25,419 nucleotides of DNA from Gemmatimonadaceae bacterium. Its GTDB lineage: Bacteria > Gemmatimonadota > Gemmatimonadetes > Gemmatimonadales > Gemmatimonadaceae. Made by a program: the position numbers and the translations under genes. How positions within the stretch are numbered: the first letter of the stretch is position 1; each line of letters begins with the position of its first letter. This document shows positions 1 to 11,661 of the stretch, in pieces. The notes below the pieces were generated by a model. That model saw nothing but the letters and a program-made list of their open reading frames with translations. It had not been told where the DNA came from and made no database searches. The DNA lies in NCBI GenBank assembly GCA_033763905.1, contig JANRJP010000112.1, positions 1 to 25,419 on the forward strand. Reading direction: 5' to 3'.

Positions 1-37
1 TCTTGCCGCGCGTCTTGCGATGGGTCAGAATGCGCAT
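1..37 (-). CDS. rplX: 50S ribosomal protein L24, 5' fragment (runs off the window)
   Basis: ATG at 37-35, 1 nt after the rplN stop, reads MRILTHRKTRGK...; identity rests on the universal rplN-rplX gene order, not on visible motifs. Confidence 0.6.
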   Translation of the reverse strand, partial: MRILTHRKTRGK

Positions 38-38
38 G

Positions 39-407
39 TTAGAGCACCTCCGGCGCCAGCGAGACGATCTTCATGTAGCGCTTCTCACGGAGCTCGCGGG
101 CCACCGGGCCGAAGATACGGGTCGCCTTGGGCTCGCCCTTATCGTCGATGATGACCACCGCGTTCTCGTCGAACTTGATATAGCTGCCATCCTTGCGGCG
201 CGTCTCCTTCACGGTGCGCACGACGACGGCCTTCGCCACGTCGGACTTCTTCACCGTGCCATTCGGCAACGCGTCCTTGACGGCGACGATGACCTTGTCG
301 CCCAGGCCGGCATAGCGGCGGCGCGTGCCGCCGAGGACACGGATCACGAGCGCCTTCTTGGCCCCCGAATTGTCCGCGACCTTCACCATGGATTCCTGCT
401 GAATCAT
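39..407 (-). CDS. rplN: 50S ribosomal protein L14
   Basis: [17 protein letters not shown]...[12 protein letters not shown]...[10 protein letters not shown]. Confidence 0.99.
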   Translation of the reverse strand: MIQQESMVKVADNSGAKKALVIRVLGGTRRRYAGLGDKVIVAVKDALPNGTVKKSDVAKAVVVRTVKETRRKDGSYIKFDENAVVIIDDKGEPKATRIFGPVARELREKRYMKIVSLAPEVL

Positions 408-419
408 CGTCGTCTCCGG

Positions 420-698
420 TTAGCGGGCGCGCTCGATGATCTCGACGACACGCCACCGCTTGTCCTTCGACATCGGTCGCGTCTCGGCGATCTTCACGGT
501 GTCGCCCACCTTCGCCGAGTTCTCCTCGTCGTGCGCCTTCAGGCGCGTCGTGCGCGTCACCATCTTGCCATAGACCGGGTGCGGCACGCGACGCTCGATC
601 GCGACCACCACCGTCTTCTGCATCTTGTCGCTCACCACCAGCCCGGTGCGCACCTTGCGCGTGGGCCGCGTGATTGCGGTCTGGGTCTGTTCCGTCAT
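420..698 (-). CDS. rpsQ: 30S ribosomal protein S17
   Basis: [14 protein letters not shown]...HPVYGK...AHDEEN...[11 protein letters not shown]. Confidence 0.99.
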   Translation of the reverse strand: MTEQTQTAITRPTRKVRTGLVVSDKMQKTVVVAIERRVPHPVYGKMVTRTTRLKAHDEENSAKVGDTVKIAETRPMSKDKRWRVVEIIERAR

Positions 699-709
699 CG
701 TCCGAATCC

Positions 710-913
710 TCAGCGCGTCGTGGCGGCGAGCGCACGCTCGCGCTGCACGGTCTTCAGGCGCGCCAGATCCTTCCGGATCTCGCGCAGCCGCATCGGCTTC
801 TCGAGTGCTTCCGTGGCCCCGCGGAACCGCAGGCGGAAACGCTCCTCTTCCAGCTCAGCAACCCGCGACGCCAGATCGGCATCGTTCAGATCGCGAATAT
901 CCTTACTCCGCAT
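710..913 (-). CDS. rpmC: 50S ribosomal protein L29
   Basis: MRSKDIRDL...EERFRLRF...[22 protein letters not shown] at 913 overlaps the end of rplP. Confidence 0.97.
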   Translation of the reverse strand: MRSKDIRDLNDADLASRVAELEEERFRLRFRGATEALEKPMRLREIRKDLARLKTVQRERALAATTR

Positions 914-1331
914 CGGTGTGCGCCTCCTCGCGGACGACAAACTTGGTCTTCACGCCCAGCTTGGCGGCGGCCAACGCCATCGCCTTCTTCGCCATATCGG
1001 GGGTCACGCCCTCCAGCTCGAACATCATCCGGCCCGGCTTCACGACCGCCACCCACAATTCCGGCGAGCCCTTGCCCTTCCCCATTCGGGTCTCGGCCGG
1101 CTTCTTCGTGATCGGCTTGTCCGGGAAGATCCGGATCCAGACCTTGCCGCCACGCTTGATGTAGCGCGTCAGCGCCACACGCGCCGCTTCGATCTGCCGG
1201 CTGGTCACCCAACCCGGCTCGAGCGCCTGCAGCCCGTAATGGCCGAACGACACTTCCGCGCCGCGCGTCGCAATGCCGCGCGTGCGCCCCTTGAACATCT
1301 TGCGGAACTTGACCCGCTTCGGACTCAGCAT
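903..1331 (-). CDS. rplP: 50S ribosomal protein L16
   Basis: [11 protein letters not shown]...QIEAARVA...[22 protein letters not shown]. Confidence 0.99.
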   Translation of the reverse strand: MLSPKRVKFRKMFKGRTRGIATRGAEVSFGHYGLQALEPGWVTSRQIEAARVALTRYIKRGGKVWIRIFPDKPITKKPAETRMGKGKGSPELWVAVVKPGRMMFELEGVTPDMAKKAMALAAAKLGVKTKFVVREEAHTDAE

Positions 1332-1342
1332 CGGTCAGCTCC

Positions 1343-2002
1343 TCAGGCGTCGGTGGAATACGTGGTGCCGCGGCGATCGTTCGCCACTTCACCCTTGTAG
1401 ATCCACACCTTCACGCCGATCGTCCCGTAGGTCGTCTTGGCGAGACCATACGCGAAATCGATGTCGGCACGCAGCGTGTGGAGCGGCACCCGCCCTTCGC
1501 GGTAGCCTTCGACCCGGGCGATTTCGGCGCCACCCAGACGGCCGCCGCACTTCACGCGGATCCCCTGAGCGCCCATCCGCATCGTGCTCTGCACCGCCTT
1601 CTTCATCGCGCGGCGGAACGAGATGCGCTGGGCCAGCTGCGCCGCGATGTTGTCGGCGACCAGCTGCGCCGACAACTCCGGCCGCTTGATCTCCTCGACA
1701 TTCACCCCGACTTCCTTGCCCGTCAGCTGCGCGAGCTCGTCACGCAGCTTGTCGACCTCGGCGCCCTTCTTGCCGATGACGACGCCAGGACGACCGGTGT
1801 GGATCGTCACCACCACCTTGCCCGGCTTGCGCTCGATGACCACGTCGGCAATCGCCGCCGTCGCCAGACGCGCCTTGAGGTACTTGCGGAGGAGATTGTC
1901 CTCCTTCAGCAGCTGCGGCAACTCGCGGCCGGCGTAGTACTTCGAACGCCAGTCCTTCGAGACGCCCAGGCGGAAGCCGATCGGATTCGTCTTCTGTCCC
2001 AC
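1343..2002 (-). CDS. rpsC: 30S ribosomal protein S3
   Basis: [12 protein letters not shown]...[10 protein letters not shown] (KH domain)...[10 protein letters not shown]...[13 protein letters not shown] start. Confidence 0.99.
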   Translation of the reverse strand: MGQKTNPIGFRLGVSKDWRSKYYAGRELPQLLKEDNLLRKYLKARLATAAIADVVIERKPGKVVVTIHTGRPGVVIGKKGAEVDKLRDELAQLTGKEVGVNVEEIKRPELSAQLVADNIAAQLAQRISFRRAMKKAVQSTMRMGAQGIRVKCGGRLGGAEIARVEGYREGRVPLHTLRADIDFAYGLAKTTYGTIGVKVWIYKGEVANDRRGTTYSTDA

Positions 2003-2005
2003 GGG

Positions 2006-2359
2006 TCACTCCTTCTCGGCCACGACGATCTCGACGTGGCTGGTACGCTTCTGAATGGGCGTGGCGCGACCCATCGCCGCCGGGGTCCACCGCTTGAGCT
2101 TCGGCCCCTCGTTGATCACTGCGTGCTTCACGTACAAGTCGTCCGGATCCACCGACCCGTTCGCCTGCTTCGCTGCCTGCTCGGCGTTCGCGACGGCCGA
2201 GAGCAACACCTTCTTGATCTGCAGGGCGGCGTGCTTCTTCGAGAACGCCAGCAACGCCAGCGCCTCGTTCACACTCTTCCCGCGGATCTGGTCGATCACC
2301 AGTCGCATCTTGTACGGCGACTGACGAGCGGTCCGCTGCAATGCGCGCGCTTCGGTCAT
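2006..2359 (-). CDS. rplV: 50S ribosomal protein L22
   Basis: RQSPYKMRLVIDQIRGK...SAVANAE...GPKLKRW...KRTSHVEIVV. Confidence 0.99.
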   Translation of the reverse strand: MTEARALQRTARQSPYKMRLVIDQIRGKSVNEALALLAFSKKHAALQIKKVLLSAVANAEQAAKQANGSVDPDDLYVKHAVINEGPKLKRWTPAAMGRATPIQKRTSHVEIVVAEKE

Positions 2360-2362
2360 GGC

Positions 2363-2674
2363 TTACTTGCCTCCCTTCGGCGCCGCGGCAGGGGCGGCCT
2401 TCTTGTCGGTCTTGTTGTTCCCCGAGTGACCGCGGAACAAGCGCGTCGGCGAGAACTCGCCGAGCTTGTGGCCGACCATGTTTTCGGTCACATACACCGG
2501 GACGAACTTGTTCCCGTTGTGGACCGCAAAGGTGTGCCCGACGAAGTCCGGCACGATCGTGCTCGCGCGCGACCAGGTCTTGACGACCTTCTTCTCGTTC
2601 TTGCTGTTGAGGGCCGCGACGCGCTTGAGCAGCGAATCGTGCACGAAGGGGCCCTTTCGGATGGAACGTGCCAT
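2363..2674 (-). CDS. rpsS: 30S ribosomal protein S19
   Basis: [11 protein letters not shown]...KTWSRASTI...HNG...[13 protein letters not shown]. Confidence 0.99.
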   Translation of the reverse strand: MARSIRKGPFVHDSLLKRVAALNSKNEKKVVKTWSRASTIVPDFVGHTFAVHNGNKFVPVYVTENMVGHKLGEFSPTRLFRGHSGNNKTDKKAAPAAAPKGGK

Positions 2675-2682
2675 AGGTCAGC

Positions 2683-3516
2683 TCAGCTCTGCGTGGCCTT
2701 GCCGCGCTTGCGCCCGCGGACGATCAGGCGCTGCGACGACTTCTTGGTATTGCGGGTCTTGGTGCCTTCCTTCTTGCCCCACGGGCTCACCACGTTCCGG
2801 CCGCCGCGCGTGCGGCCACCGTGCGGGTGATCCACCGGGTTCATCACTTCACCGCGGACCTTCGGGCGCTTGCCCTTCCAGCGCGCCTTGCCCGCCTTGC
2901 CCCACGCTTCGAGCTCGTGCTCCGCGTTGCCCACTTCGCCGATCGTGCCCATGCACCGACCGTGCACCTTGCGCATTTCCGTCGACGGCATCCGCAGCGT
3001 CACGTAGTCGCCTTCCTTCGCGACCACTTCCAACGCCATCCCGGCCGAACGCGCCATCTGGCCGCCCTTGCCCGGCTTCAGCTCGACGTTGTGCACAAAC
3101 GTGCCCGTCGGGACTTCCGACAGCGGCAGCGCGTTGCCCACGCGAATATCCGACCCCGGCCCCGACACGATCGTGTCGCCGACGGCCAGCCCCTTCGGAT
3201 GAATGATGTAGCGCTTCTCCCCGTCCGCGTACGTCACCAGCGCGATGCGCGCCGAGCGGTTCGGATCGTACTCGATCGTGGTGACGGTCGCCGTCACCGC
3301 GAACTTGTTGCGCTTGAAATCGATGATGCGGTACATCCGCTTGTGACCACCACCCAGGCGCCGCATCGAGATGTGGCCGTGGTTGTCGCGACCGCCGCTC
3401 TTCTTGAGCGGCTCGACCAGCGACTTCTCGGGGGTCGAGCGGGTGATCTCGGCGAAGTCGGACACGCTGCGATGGCGCGTACCCGCCGACACCGGCTTGA
3501 ATTGACGAATCGGCAT
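2683..3516 (-). CDS. rplB: 50S ribosomal protein L2
   Basis: [15 protein letters not shown]...[12 protein letters not shown]...[10 protein letters not shown]. Confidence 0.99.
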   Translation of the reverse strand: MPIRQFKPVSAGTRHRSVSDFAEITRSTPEKSLVEPLKKSGGRDNHGHISMRRLGGGHKRMYRIIDFKRNKFAVTATVTTIEYDPNRSARIALVTYADGEKRYIIHPKGLAVGDTIVSGPGSDIRVGNALPLSEVPTGTFVHNVELKPGKGGQMARSAGMALEVVAKEGDYVTLRMPSTEMRKVHGRCMGTIGEVGNAEHELEAWGKAGKARWKGKRPKVRGEVMNPVDHPHGGRTRGGRNVVSPWGKKEGTKTRNTKKSSQRLIVRGRKRGKATQS

Positions 3517-3519
3517 CGG

Positions 3520-3807
3520 TTAGCCCTCGAACACCGGGATCGAATCGCCCGACTTCAGCGTCACGATCGCCTTCTTCCAGTTGGGACGATTACCGATGCT
3601 CTGGCCGACGCGACGCGCCTTTCCGCGCTGCAGCGACGTCCACACACCGGTCACGGTGACCCCGAAGAGCCGCTCGATCGCCTGCTTGATCTCGCCCTTC
3701 GACGCCTTGGGTGCCACGACGAACGTGTATTCGCCGCGGGTCTGATAGGCCGCCGAGCTCTTCTCGGTGATCAGCGGCCGGAGAATGGTCTGATGCAACG
3801 TCGGCAT
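3520..3807 (-). CDS. rplW: 50S ribosomal protein L23
   Basis: RPLITEKS...ASKGEIKQAIERLFGV...WKKAIVTL. Confidence 0.99.
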   Translation of the reverse strand: MPTLHQTILRPLITEKSSAAYQTRGEYTFVVAPKASKGEIKQAIERLFGVTVTGVWTSLQRGKARRVGQSIGNRPNWKKAIVTLKSGDSIPVFEG

Positions 3808-3810
3808 CGG

Positions 3811-4665
3811 TTACGCCCCCTTCTTCTTCGGGGCGGCCTTCGCGCCACCCGCCTTCGCGGACGTCGACTTCGCCGCCGCCTTCTTCGCCGGCGCCTTCGG
3901 CTCCGCGGCCGCCTTCTTCGCGGCCTTCGCCTTCGCGTCCGTCTTCGCTTCCTTCTTCGCCTTCTCGGCCTTCGCGGTGCGCGGCTTCGCAGCCTTCGTC
4001 ACCTTGACCTTCTCGGCGGCCTGCTCAGCCACCGGCGCCAGCGTCTGCCCGATCGCGCCGCCCTCGATGAGGACCGCATCCGACCACAGCACGTGGTAGG
4101 TGCTCGCCTCGGCGAACGGCATCACGTGCACGTTCGGCAGGTTGCGACCCGACAGGAAGACGTTCTTCTTGAGCCCGTCGGTGAGGATCAGGACCTTCTT
4201 GGCCGACAGCTCGAGACGCGCGAGGAGCTGCGTCAGCTGCGCCGTCTTGGGCGCGCTCATCTCGAAACGGTCGATCACCATCAGGTTGCCTTCGCGGGCG
4301 CGCGTGTTGAGCGCGCTCTTCCGGGCCAGGGCCTTCACGCCCTTGGCCAGCCCCTGCTCGTACGAACGCGGCTCCGGACCGAAGACCGTACCACCACCCG
4401 GCCAGTGCGGCGCACGGGTCGAGCCCTGACGGGCGCGGCCGGTGCCCTTCTGCTTCCAGGGCTTCTGGTTACCACCGGTCACCCAGTGGCGGGTCTTGGT
4501 CGCGTGCGTGCCCTGGCGCTGATTGGCCAGAAACGCCTTGACCGCCTGATGCATCACCGGCACGTGCACCGTGCCATCGAAGGGCGTGGCCGGCAGGGTC
4601 ACCGCGTCGCGCGCGGTGCCGCCCTGCGTGAAGGCCTTCGCCTGAAAAGTCGTGGTTTCGCTCAT
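3811..4665 (-). CDS. rplD: 50S ribosomal protein L4 with Lys/Ala-rich C-terminal tail
   Basis: RQGTHATKTR...KPWKQKGTGRARQGS...GGGTVFGP; start taken at ATG 4665 (MSETTTF), 4 nt after the rplC stop. Confidence 0.98.
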   Translation of the reverse strand: MSETTTFQAKAFTQGGTARDAVTLPATPFDGTVHVPVMHQAVKAFLANQRQGTHATKTRHWVTGGNQKPWKQKGTGRARQGSTRAPHWPGGGTVFGPEPRSYEQGLAKGVKALARKSALNTRAREGNLMVIDRFEMSAPKTAQLTQLLARLELSAKKVLILTDGLKKNVFLSGRNLPNVHVMPFAEASTYHVLWSDAVLIEGGAIGQTLAPVAEQAAEKVKVTKAAKPRTAKAEKAKKEAKTDAKAKAAKKAAAEPKAPAKKAAAKSTSAKAGGAKAAPKKKGA

Positions 4666-4669
4666 TGGC

Positions 4670-5335
4670 TTACGCCTGCTTGCGCACGAGGACGATCCCG
4701 TTGGTCGGGCCCGCCACCGCACCGCGGATGTAGATCAGGTTGCGCTCGGCATCGACCTTCTCGACGCGGAGGTTGATCTGGGTGTGACGCACGGCGCCCA
4801 TATGGCCCGGCATGCGCTTGCCCTTGATGACGCGCGACGGATCCGTACCGGCGCCGATCGAACCCGGGCGACGGTGCTTCGTGTTGCCGTGCGTGTTGGG
4901 CCCGCCGCCGGCCTTGTGGCGCTTGACCATACCCTGGAAGCCGCGGCCCTTCGTCGTGCCGGTCACCTTGACGTACTCGCCCTCGGCGAAGATCCCGACG
5001 GTGACGTCCTGACCGACTTCGAGCGCCGGCAATTCGGCGCCCGGCTTGCCGTCATCGAGGCGGAACGAGCGAATCACGGCCGGCGCGGCCTCGAGGCCCG
5101 CCTTCTTGCCGTGTCCGAGCGCGGCCTGCGGCGCGCGGCGGCCACGGGGCTGGCGCTTGCCGCTCTCCTTGGCCGTCGTCAGCGCGCCCGTGCCCAGCTC
5201 CACCGCCTGATGCCCGGCCTTCACGATCTTCGTCACGCGATTCGGCGCGGCGTGCACGACCGTGACAGGGATCTGCTGCCCCTGTTCGTTGAAAATCTGG
5301 GTCATCCCCAGCTTGGTACCGATGATGCCGATCAC
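4670..5335 (-). CDS. rplC: 50S ribosomal protein L3
   Basis: GIIGTKLGMTQIF...GTTKGRGFQG...HRRPGSIG...GKRMPGHMG; GTG at 5335 preceded by GAGGA Shine-Dalgarno. Confidence 0.98.
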   Translation of the reverse strand: MIGIIGTKLGMTQIFNEQGQQIPVTVVHAAPNRVTKIVKAGHQAVELGTGALTTAKESGKRQPRGRRAPQAALGHGKKAGLEAAPAVIRSFRLDDGKPGAELPALEVGQDVTVGIFAEGEYVKVTGTTKGRGFQGMVKRHKAGGGPNTHGNTKHRRPGSIGAGTDPSRVIKGKRMPGHMGAVRHTQINLRVEKVDAERNLIYIRGAVAGPTNGIVLVRKQA

Positions 5336-5344
5336 TGCTGTTTT

Positions 5345-5427
5345 TCCTCGCGGAGTCGCGGCCCGAAGGCCGGAGGACTGTGAGATCAGCCGCTGGCAGC
5401 GCCGTTTGCGCCGCGCCACTGCTGACC
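5345..5427 (-). promoter_or_regulatory. Structured rpsJ-rplC intergenic RNA (candidate translational operator)
   Basis: Long hairpin 5384-5427; C(UUCG)G tetraloop hairpin 5359-5372; UCCUC (5373-5377) can pair with the rplC SD GAGGA (5345-5349). Confidence 0.5.
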
Positions 5428-5442
5428 TGTGCGTTGTGTTGC
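5423..5442 (-). repeat. GCAACACAACGCA(C)AGGTCA motif, copy 1
   Basis: Matches 23128-23146 (+) at 19 positions with one indel. Confidence 0.6.
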
Positions 5443-5449
5443 CCTGCGC

Positions 5450-5758
5450 TTACTGAACCTTGATCTCGACGTCCACGCCGGCCGGCAGATCCAGCTTCGT
5501 GAGCGCGTCCACCGTCTGCGCCCGCGAATCGAGGATGTCGATCACGCGCTTGTGCGTCTTGAGTTCGAACTGTTCCCGCGACTTCTTGTCCACGTGCGGG
5601 GACCGGAGGACGGTCCACCGACGCGTCTTCGTCGGCAACGGGATCGGGCCCGACACCTGCGCGCCGGTCTTCTCCGCCGTGCGGACAATGTCCGCAGCAG
5701 CGGTGTCGATCACCGCGTGGTCGAACGCCTTGAGTCGGATGCGAATGCGGCCAGCCAT
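5450..5758 (-). CDS. rpsJ: 30S ribosomal protein S10
   Basis: [11 protein letters not shown]...GPIPLPT...[14 protein letters not shown]...[10 protein letters not shown]. Confidence 0.99.
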   Translation of the reverse strand: MAGRIRIRLKAFDHAVIDTAAADIVRTAEKTGAQVSGPIPLPTKTRRWTVLRSPHVDKKSREQFELKTHKRVIDILDSRAQTVDALTKLDLPAGVDVEIKVQ

Positions 5759-5770
5759 TGGGAGTCTCCG

Positions 5771-5806
5771 GGCAGCTGGCGCGTCCGTGAAGACGCGCCA
5801 GCCACC
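5771..5806 (-). other. Strong hairpin between tuf and rpsJ (no U-tract; processing or stability element?)
   Basis: GGTGGCTGGCGCGTC-TTCACG-GACGCGCCAGCTGCC, 15-bp stem with two G-U pairs, immediately upstream of the GGAG SD of rpsJ. Confidence 0.6.
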
Positions 5807-5813
5807 GTCGGGG

Positions 5814-7016
<1,203 letters not shown>

Positions 7017-7082
7017 GGTCGTGCTACCTGTGCTACGGGTGAAAAAAAGAGAGGAACTGAACGAGTCTGCGGTGCTGCGGTC

Positions 7083-9203
<2,121 letters not shown>

Positions 9204-9562
9204 AGGAATCGCGAAGGGAAAACCGCGCGGAACACCGCGCGAAATTGAGAACGAACTGCGGACACAAGCGAACAGAACTCCACCAACACAAAAGCGGCTG
9301 GACCAGTGCGCTCCAATCGGAGCCGGTATCCATCCGCCATCATCTGGGTGCACACGCCCCTGCTGCACGTGTGGGGACCCTGATGCGCCGAACTCACGCT
9401 CGACGTTGCATTGTCCGGTGCTTCTTGCCGGAGTGACGTCGCTTTCGCGACACCCCTCGCGCCCAGGCGTTGGGCGGGCCAGCAACCTGCCGGGGCACCG
9501 TGTCCCGACTCCCTCAAAGTCGAACTGGACCCATTGGTTCCAGATGACGTTTCGGGGGAGCC
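9204..9562 (-). ncRNA. Long structured 5' leader or candidate ncRNA upstream of fusA
   Basis: Begins just after a sigma70-like promoter; several hairpins including GAAA (9438-9451) and GUGA (9388-9403) GNRA loops, plus two hairpin+U-run elements (9285-9337, 9219-9241). Confidence 0.5.
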
Positions 9563-9567
9563 TTGAA

Positions 9568-9595
9568 AAAGTACCCGAGTTCGGGCCGAAGTCAA
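9568..9595 (-). promoter_or_regulatory. Sigma70-type promoter of the fusA-tuf-S10 operon
   Basis: TTGACT (9595-9590)-N16-TACTTT (9573-9568). Confidence 0.7.
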
Positions 9596-9706
9596 CTCCC
9601 GACAACACGATAGCCGCCACTACAGCGCCGACGGCAGCCGGCCGATACCCGAGGCAATCCGGGTGCGCTCCCGCGCCCCGCTGACTCCCCTGTTCCCGCT
9701 TGCCCC

Positions 9707-11260
9707 GTGCGCCGAATCATTCTCACCGACCTCGACCGCGGTACCGTGCACGAGTTCCGCGATGCCGATGTCCGGATCGGGCGGGACGCGGCCTGCGAAC
9801 TCCAGATCGCCGAAGCCCCCGCCTCGGCCGACATCGGTGGCGTCCACGCCCGACTGGCCCCGCGGCCGACCGGCTGGTGCCTGACCGATGAACGGTCCGC
9901 CGGCGGCACCTTCGTCAATCACGTCCGGCTCGTCGGGAACGATCAGGCCATCCTCCGGACCGGGGACGTCCTGCGCCTTGGGAGCGGGGCGGGCGCCCGG
10001 CGCTTCCGAGTCGCCCGGGTCGAGTCCGCGATGGCCCCCAAGCAGGCCCCCGCCGTCGCCGCTGGCGCCCCCGCGGCCACTGCCACGATTCGCCAAGAGG
10101 CCAGCGACCTCCGACTGGCGGCAGGCGCCGTCGGCGGCGCCGTCGCCGCTACGGCCGCCGCCGTACCGCGCGCGACCAATGCGCAGTTGGCCGCTGGGGC
10201 GGCGGCCGGCACCGCCGTCGCCTCGGCGGGCGTCGCCGCAGCGTCCGGCCTCGCCGCCAAAGGAAAGGGCGCCAAGGGCCCGAACGGTCGCCAAACATCT
10301 AGCGCGGCGCTGACCGGCGCCGCAGCGGCCGGTGCCGTGGCCGCCACCGGAGGCGTCGCCGGGGTCGCGGCGGTCGGCGGCGGTACCGAAGCCTGGCGCG
10401 CCTCGACCATCTTCCGCGCCGCCGGCGACACGGCATCGATTGCGCCCAAGGCCGGCGCCGCCTCGCTCTGGGCCGGTGTGGTCGCGGGTACCGTGCTGGT
10501 GACCGCCACTGCGACGGGCATCGCGGCCGCGCGTGGGTCGGGCGGCACGGCCAACCGAGCCCCCGTGGCGGCGACGGCTGGTCAAGTCGGCGGCGCGTCC
10601 GCCGCTGCGCCCGGGGGGAATGCCTCGGATGGCGACGCGTCGGAGAGCGACGCTAGCGACACGGCGGAGCCGACCAGCGAGTCGCGTCCCGCCGCCGACG
10701 CACCGAAGAGCGCCTCGCGCCTTGCCGCCACCGCCTCGGCGGTCGGCAACATTCTGGCCGACGTCGAAGGCTGGCGCGGCGGCACGCGCGTCCGCCTGAC
10801 CGGCCTCGTCGTGGGCGAGGGGGGCATCGTCGTAACCAGCGACGCGCTCGGTGCCTCCGGTCGGCTGGACTCGATTGTCGCGCGATCGCCCTACGGTGGC
10901 CCGCACGCGGGGAAGCTGGTGGCCCGGAGCGGCGGCGTGTCCGTGCTGTCGGTGCCGAGCTGGGACGGTCAGTGGCTGGGGCCGTCGGCGGTCGGCAGCG
11001 CGACGACCATTCCGACCTGGTCCGCCGTGGTGGGCTATGACCGCCTCACCACCAAGTCGATGTTGTCGGCTGCAGAGGGCGCGGCCGCGATGACCTCGAC
11101 CGCGATCGAGGTGCGCGGCGTGTCCGACCGCCTCCTGCCCGGTGCGGCGCTCGTGTCGGACGACGGTCGAGTGGTCGGTCTGTGGCTCGGCGACGGTCGC
11201 GCGATGCCGATGCAGCAGGTGTTGGCTGCCGCGCGAGGCGCGGGGCAGCGCGCGCGCTAG
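9707..11260 (+). CDS. FHA-like domain + Ala/Gly-rich linker with hydrophobic segment + degenerate trypsin-like domain
   Basis: N-term RIGRDAAC...GGVHARL...[13 protein letters not shown] (FHA fold); [21 protein letters not shown] hydrophobic stretch; C-term [14 protein letters not shown]...[14 protein letters not shown] resembles S1/trypsin_2. Confidence 0.75.
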   Translation: MRRIILTDLDRGTVHEFRDADVRIGRDAACELQIAEAPASADIGGVHARLAPRPTGWCLTDERSAGGTFVNHVRLVGNDQAILRTGDVLRLGSGAGARRFRVARVESAMAPKQAPAVAAGAPAATATIRQEASDLRLAAGAVGGAVAATAAAVPRATNAQLAAGAAAGTAVASAGVAAASGLAAKGKGAKGPNGRQTSSAALTGAAAAGAVAATGGVAGVAAVGGGTEAWRASTIFRAAGDTASIAPKAGAASLWAGVVAGTVLVTATATGIAAARGSGGTANRAPVAATAGQVGGASAAAPGGNASDGDASESDASDTAEPTSESRPAADAPKSASRLAATASAVGNILADVEGWRGGTRVRLTGLVVGEGGIVVTSDALGASGRLDSIVARSPYGGPHAGKLVARSGGVSVLSVPSWDGQWLGPSAVGSATTIPTWSAVVGYDRLTTKSMLSAAEGAAAMTSTAIEVRGVSDRLLPGAALVSDDGRVVGLWLGDGRAMPMQQVLAAARGAGQRAR

Positions 11261-11661
11261 CCTTCCGGCTGTCGCGTGAGGCCGACCGACTCGATCATCA
11301 ACGTCGGTCCCTGATCGCCCAACGCGATCGCCTGCTGCGCCTGCACACGCGTCGGCGCGGTGACGCGCGCGCCATTGAGCAGGGTGCCGTTCGTGCTGCC
11401 GGCGTCGAGGAGCACCACCGAGCCGAACGAGTCGATGCCGAACTCGCAGTGCACGCGTGAGACGCCCTCGGTCGCCTGAACCGGAATGACGATCTCGCAC
11501 TCGGTGCTGCGCCCGACCCGGACGCGTGCGGCCGTCGCGCTGAAGATGTTCGACGACCGGATGTCGCGGAGCACCACGTCGACCGCGAGCGCCGGACGCG
11601 TCAGTTGCTCCGTCGTCTCGTCCGGATCGACGGGCAACGGCTCGCCCAACCCGCCGCTCAC
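11257..11661 (-). CDS. Stand-alone FHA domain protein
   Basis: VGRSTEC...VSRVHC...LLDAGSTNGTLLNG with intact GR, SxxH and NG motifs; GTG start overlaps the kinase TGA (GTGA). Confidence 0.88.
   Translation of the reverse strand: MSGGLGEPLPVDPDETTEQLTRPALAVDVVLRDIRSSNIFSATAARVRVGRSTECEIVIPVQATEGVSRVHCEFGIDSFGSVVLLDAGSTNGTLLNGARVTAPTRVQAQQAIALGDQGPTLMIESVGLTRQPEG

Noticed and set aside
9270..9562. tmRNA, SRP or RNase P identity for the fusA leader (CTCCACCA on +, AAGAAGCA and CGGTGCCC on -)
   Set aside because: No T-arm before CCACCA, no SRP helix-8 CAGG-GNRA-AGCAG arrangement, no RNase P GAGGAAAGUCC
9204..9620. 139-codon in-frame N-terminal extension of EF-G
   Set aside because: Crosses the predicted promoter; EF-G homology starts at MARTTPL (9203)
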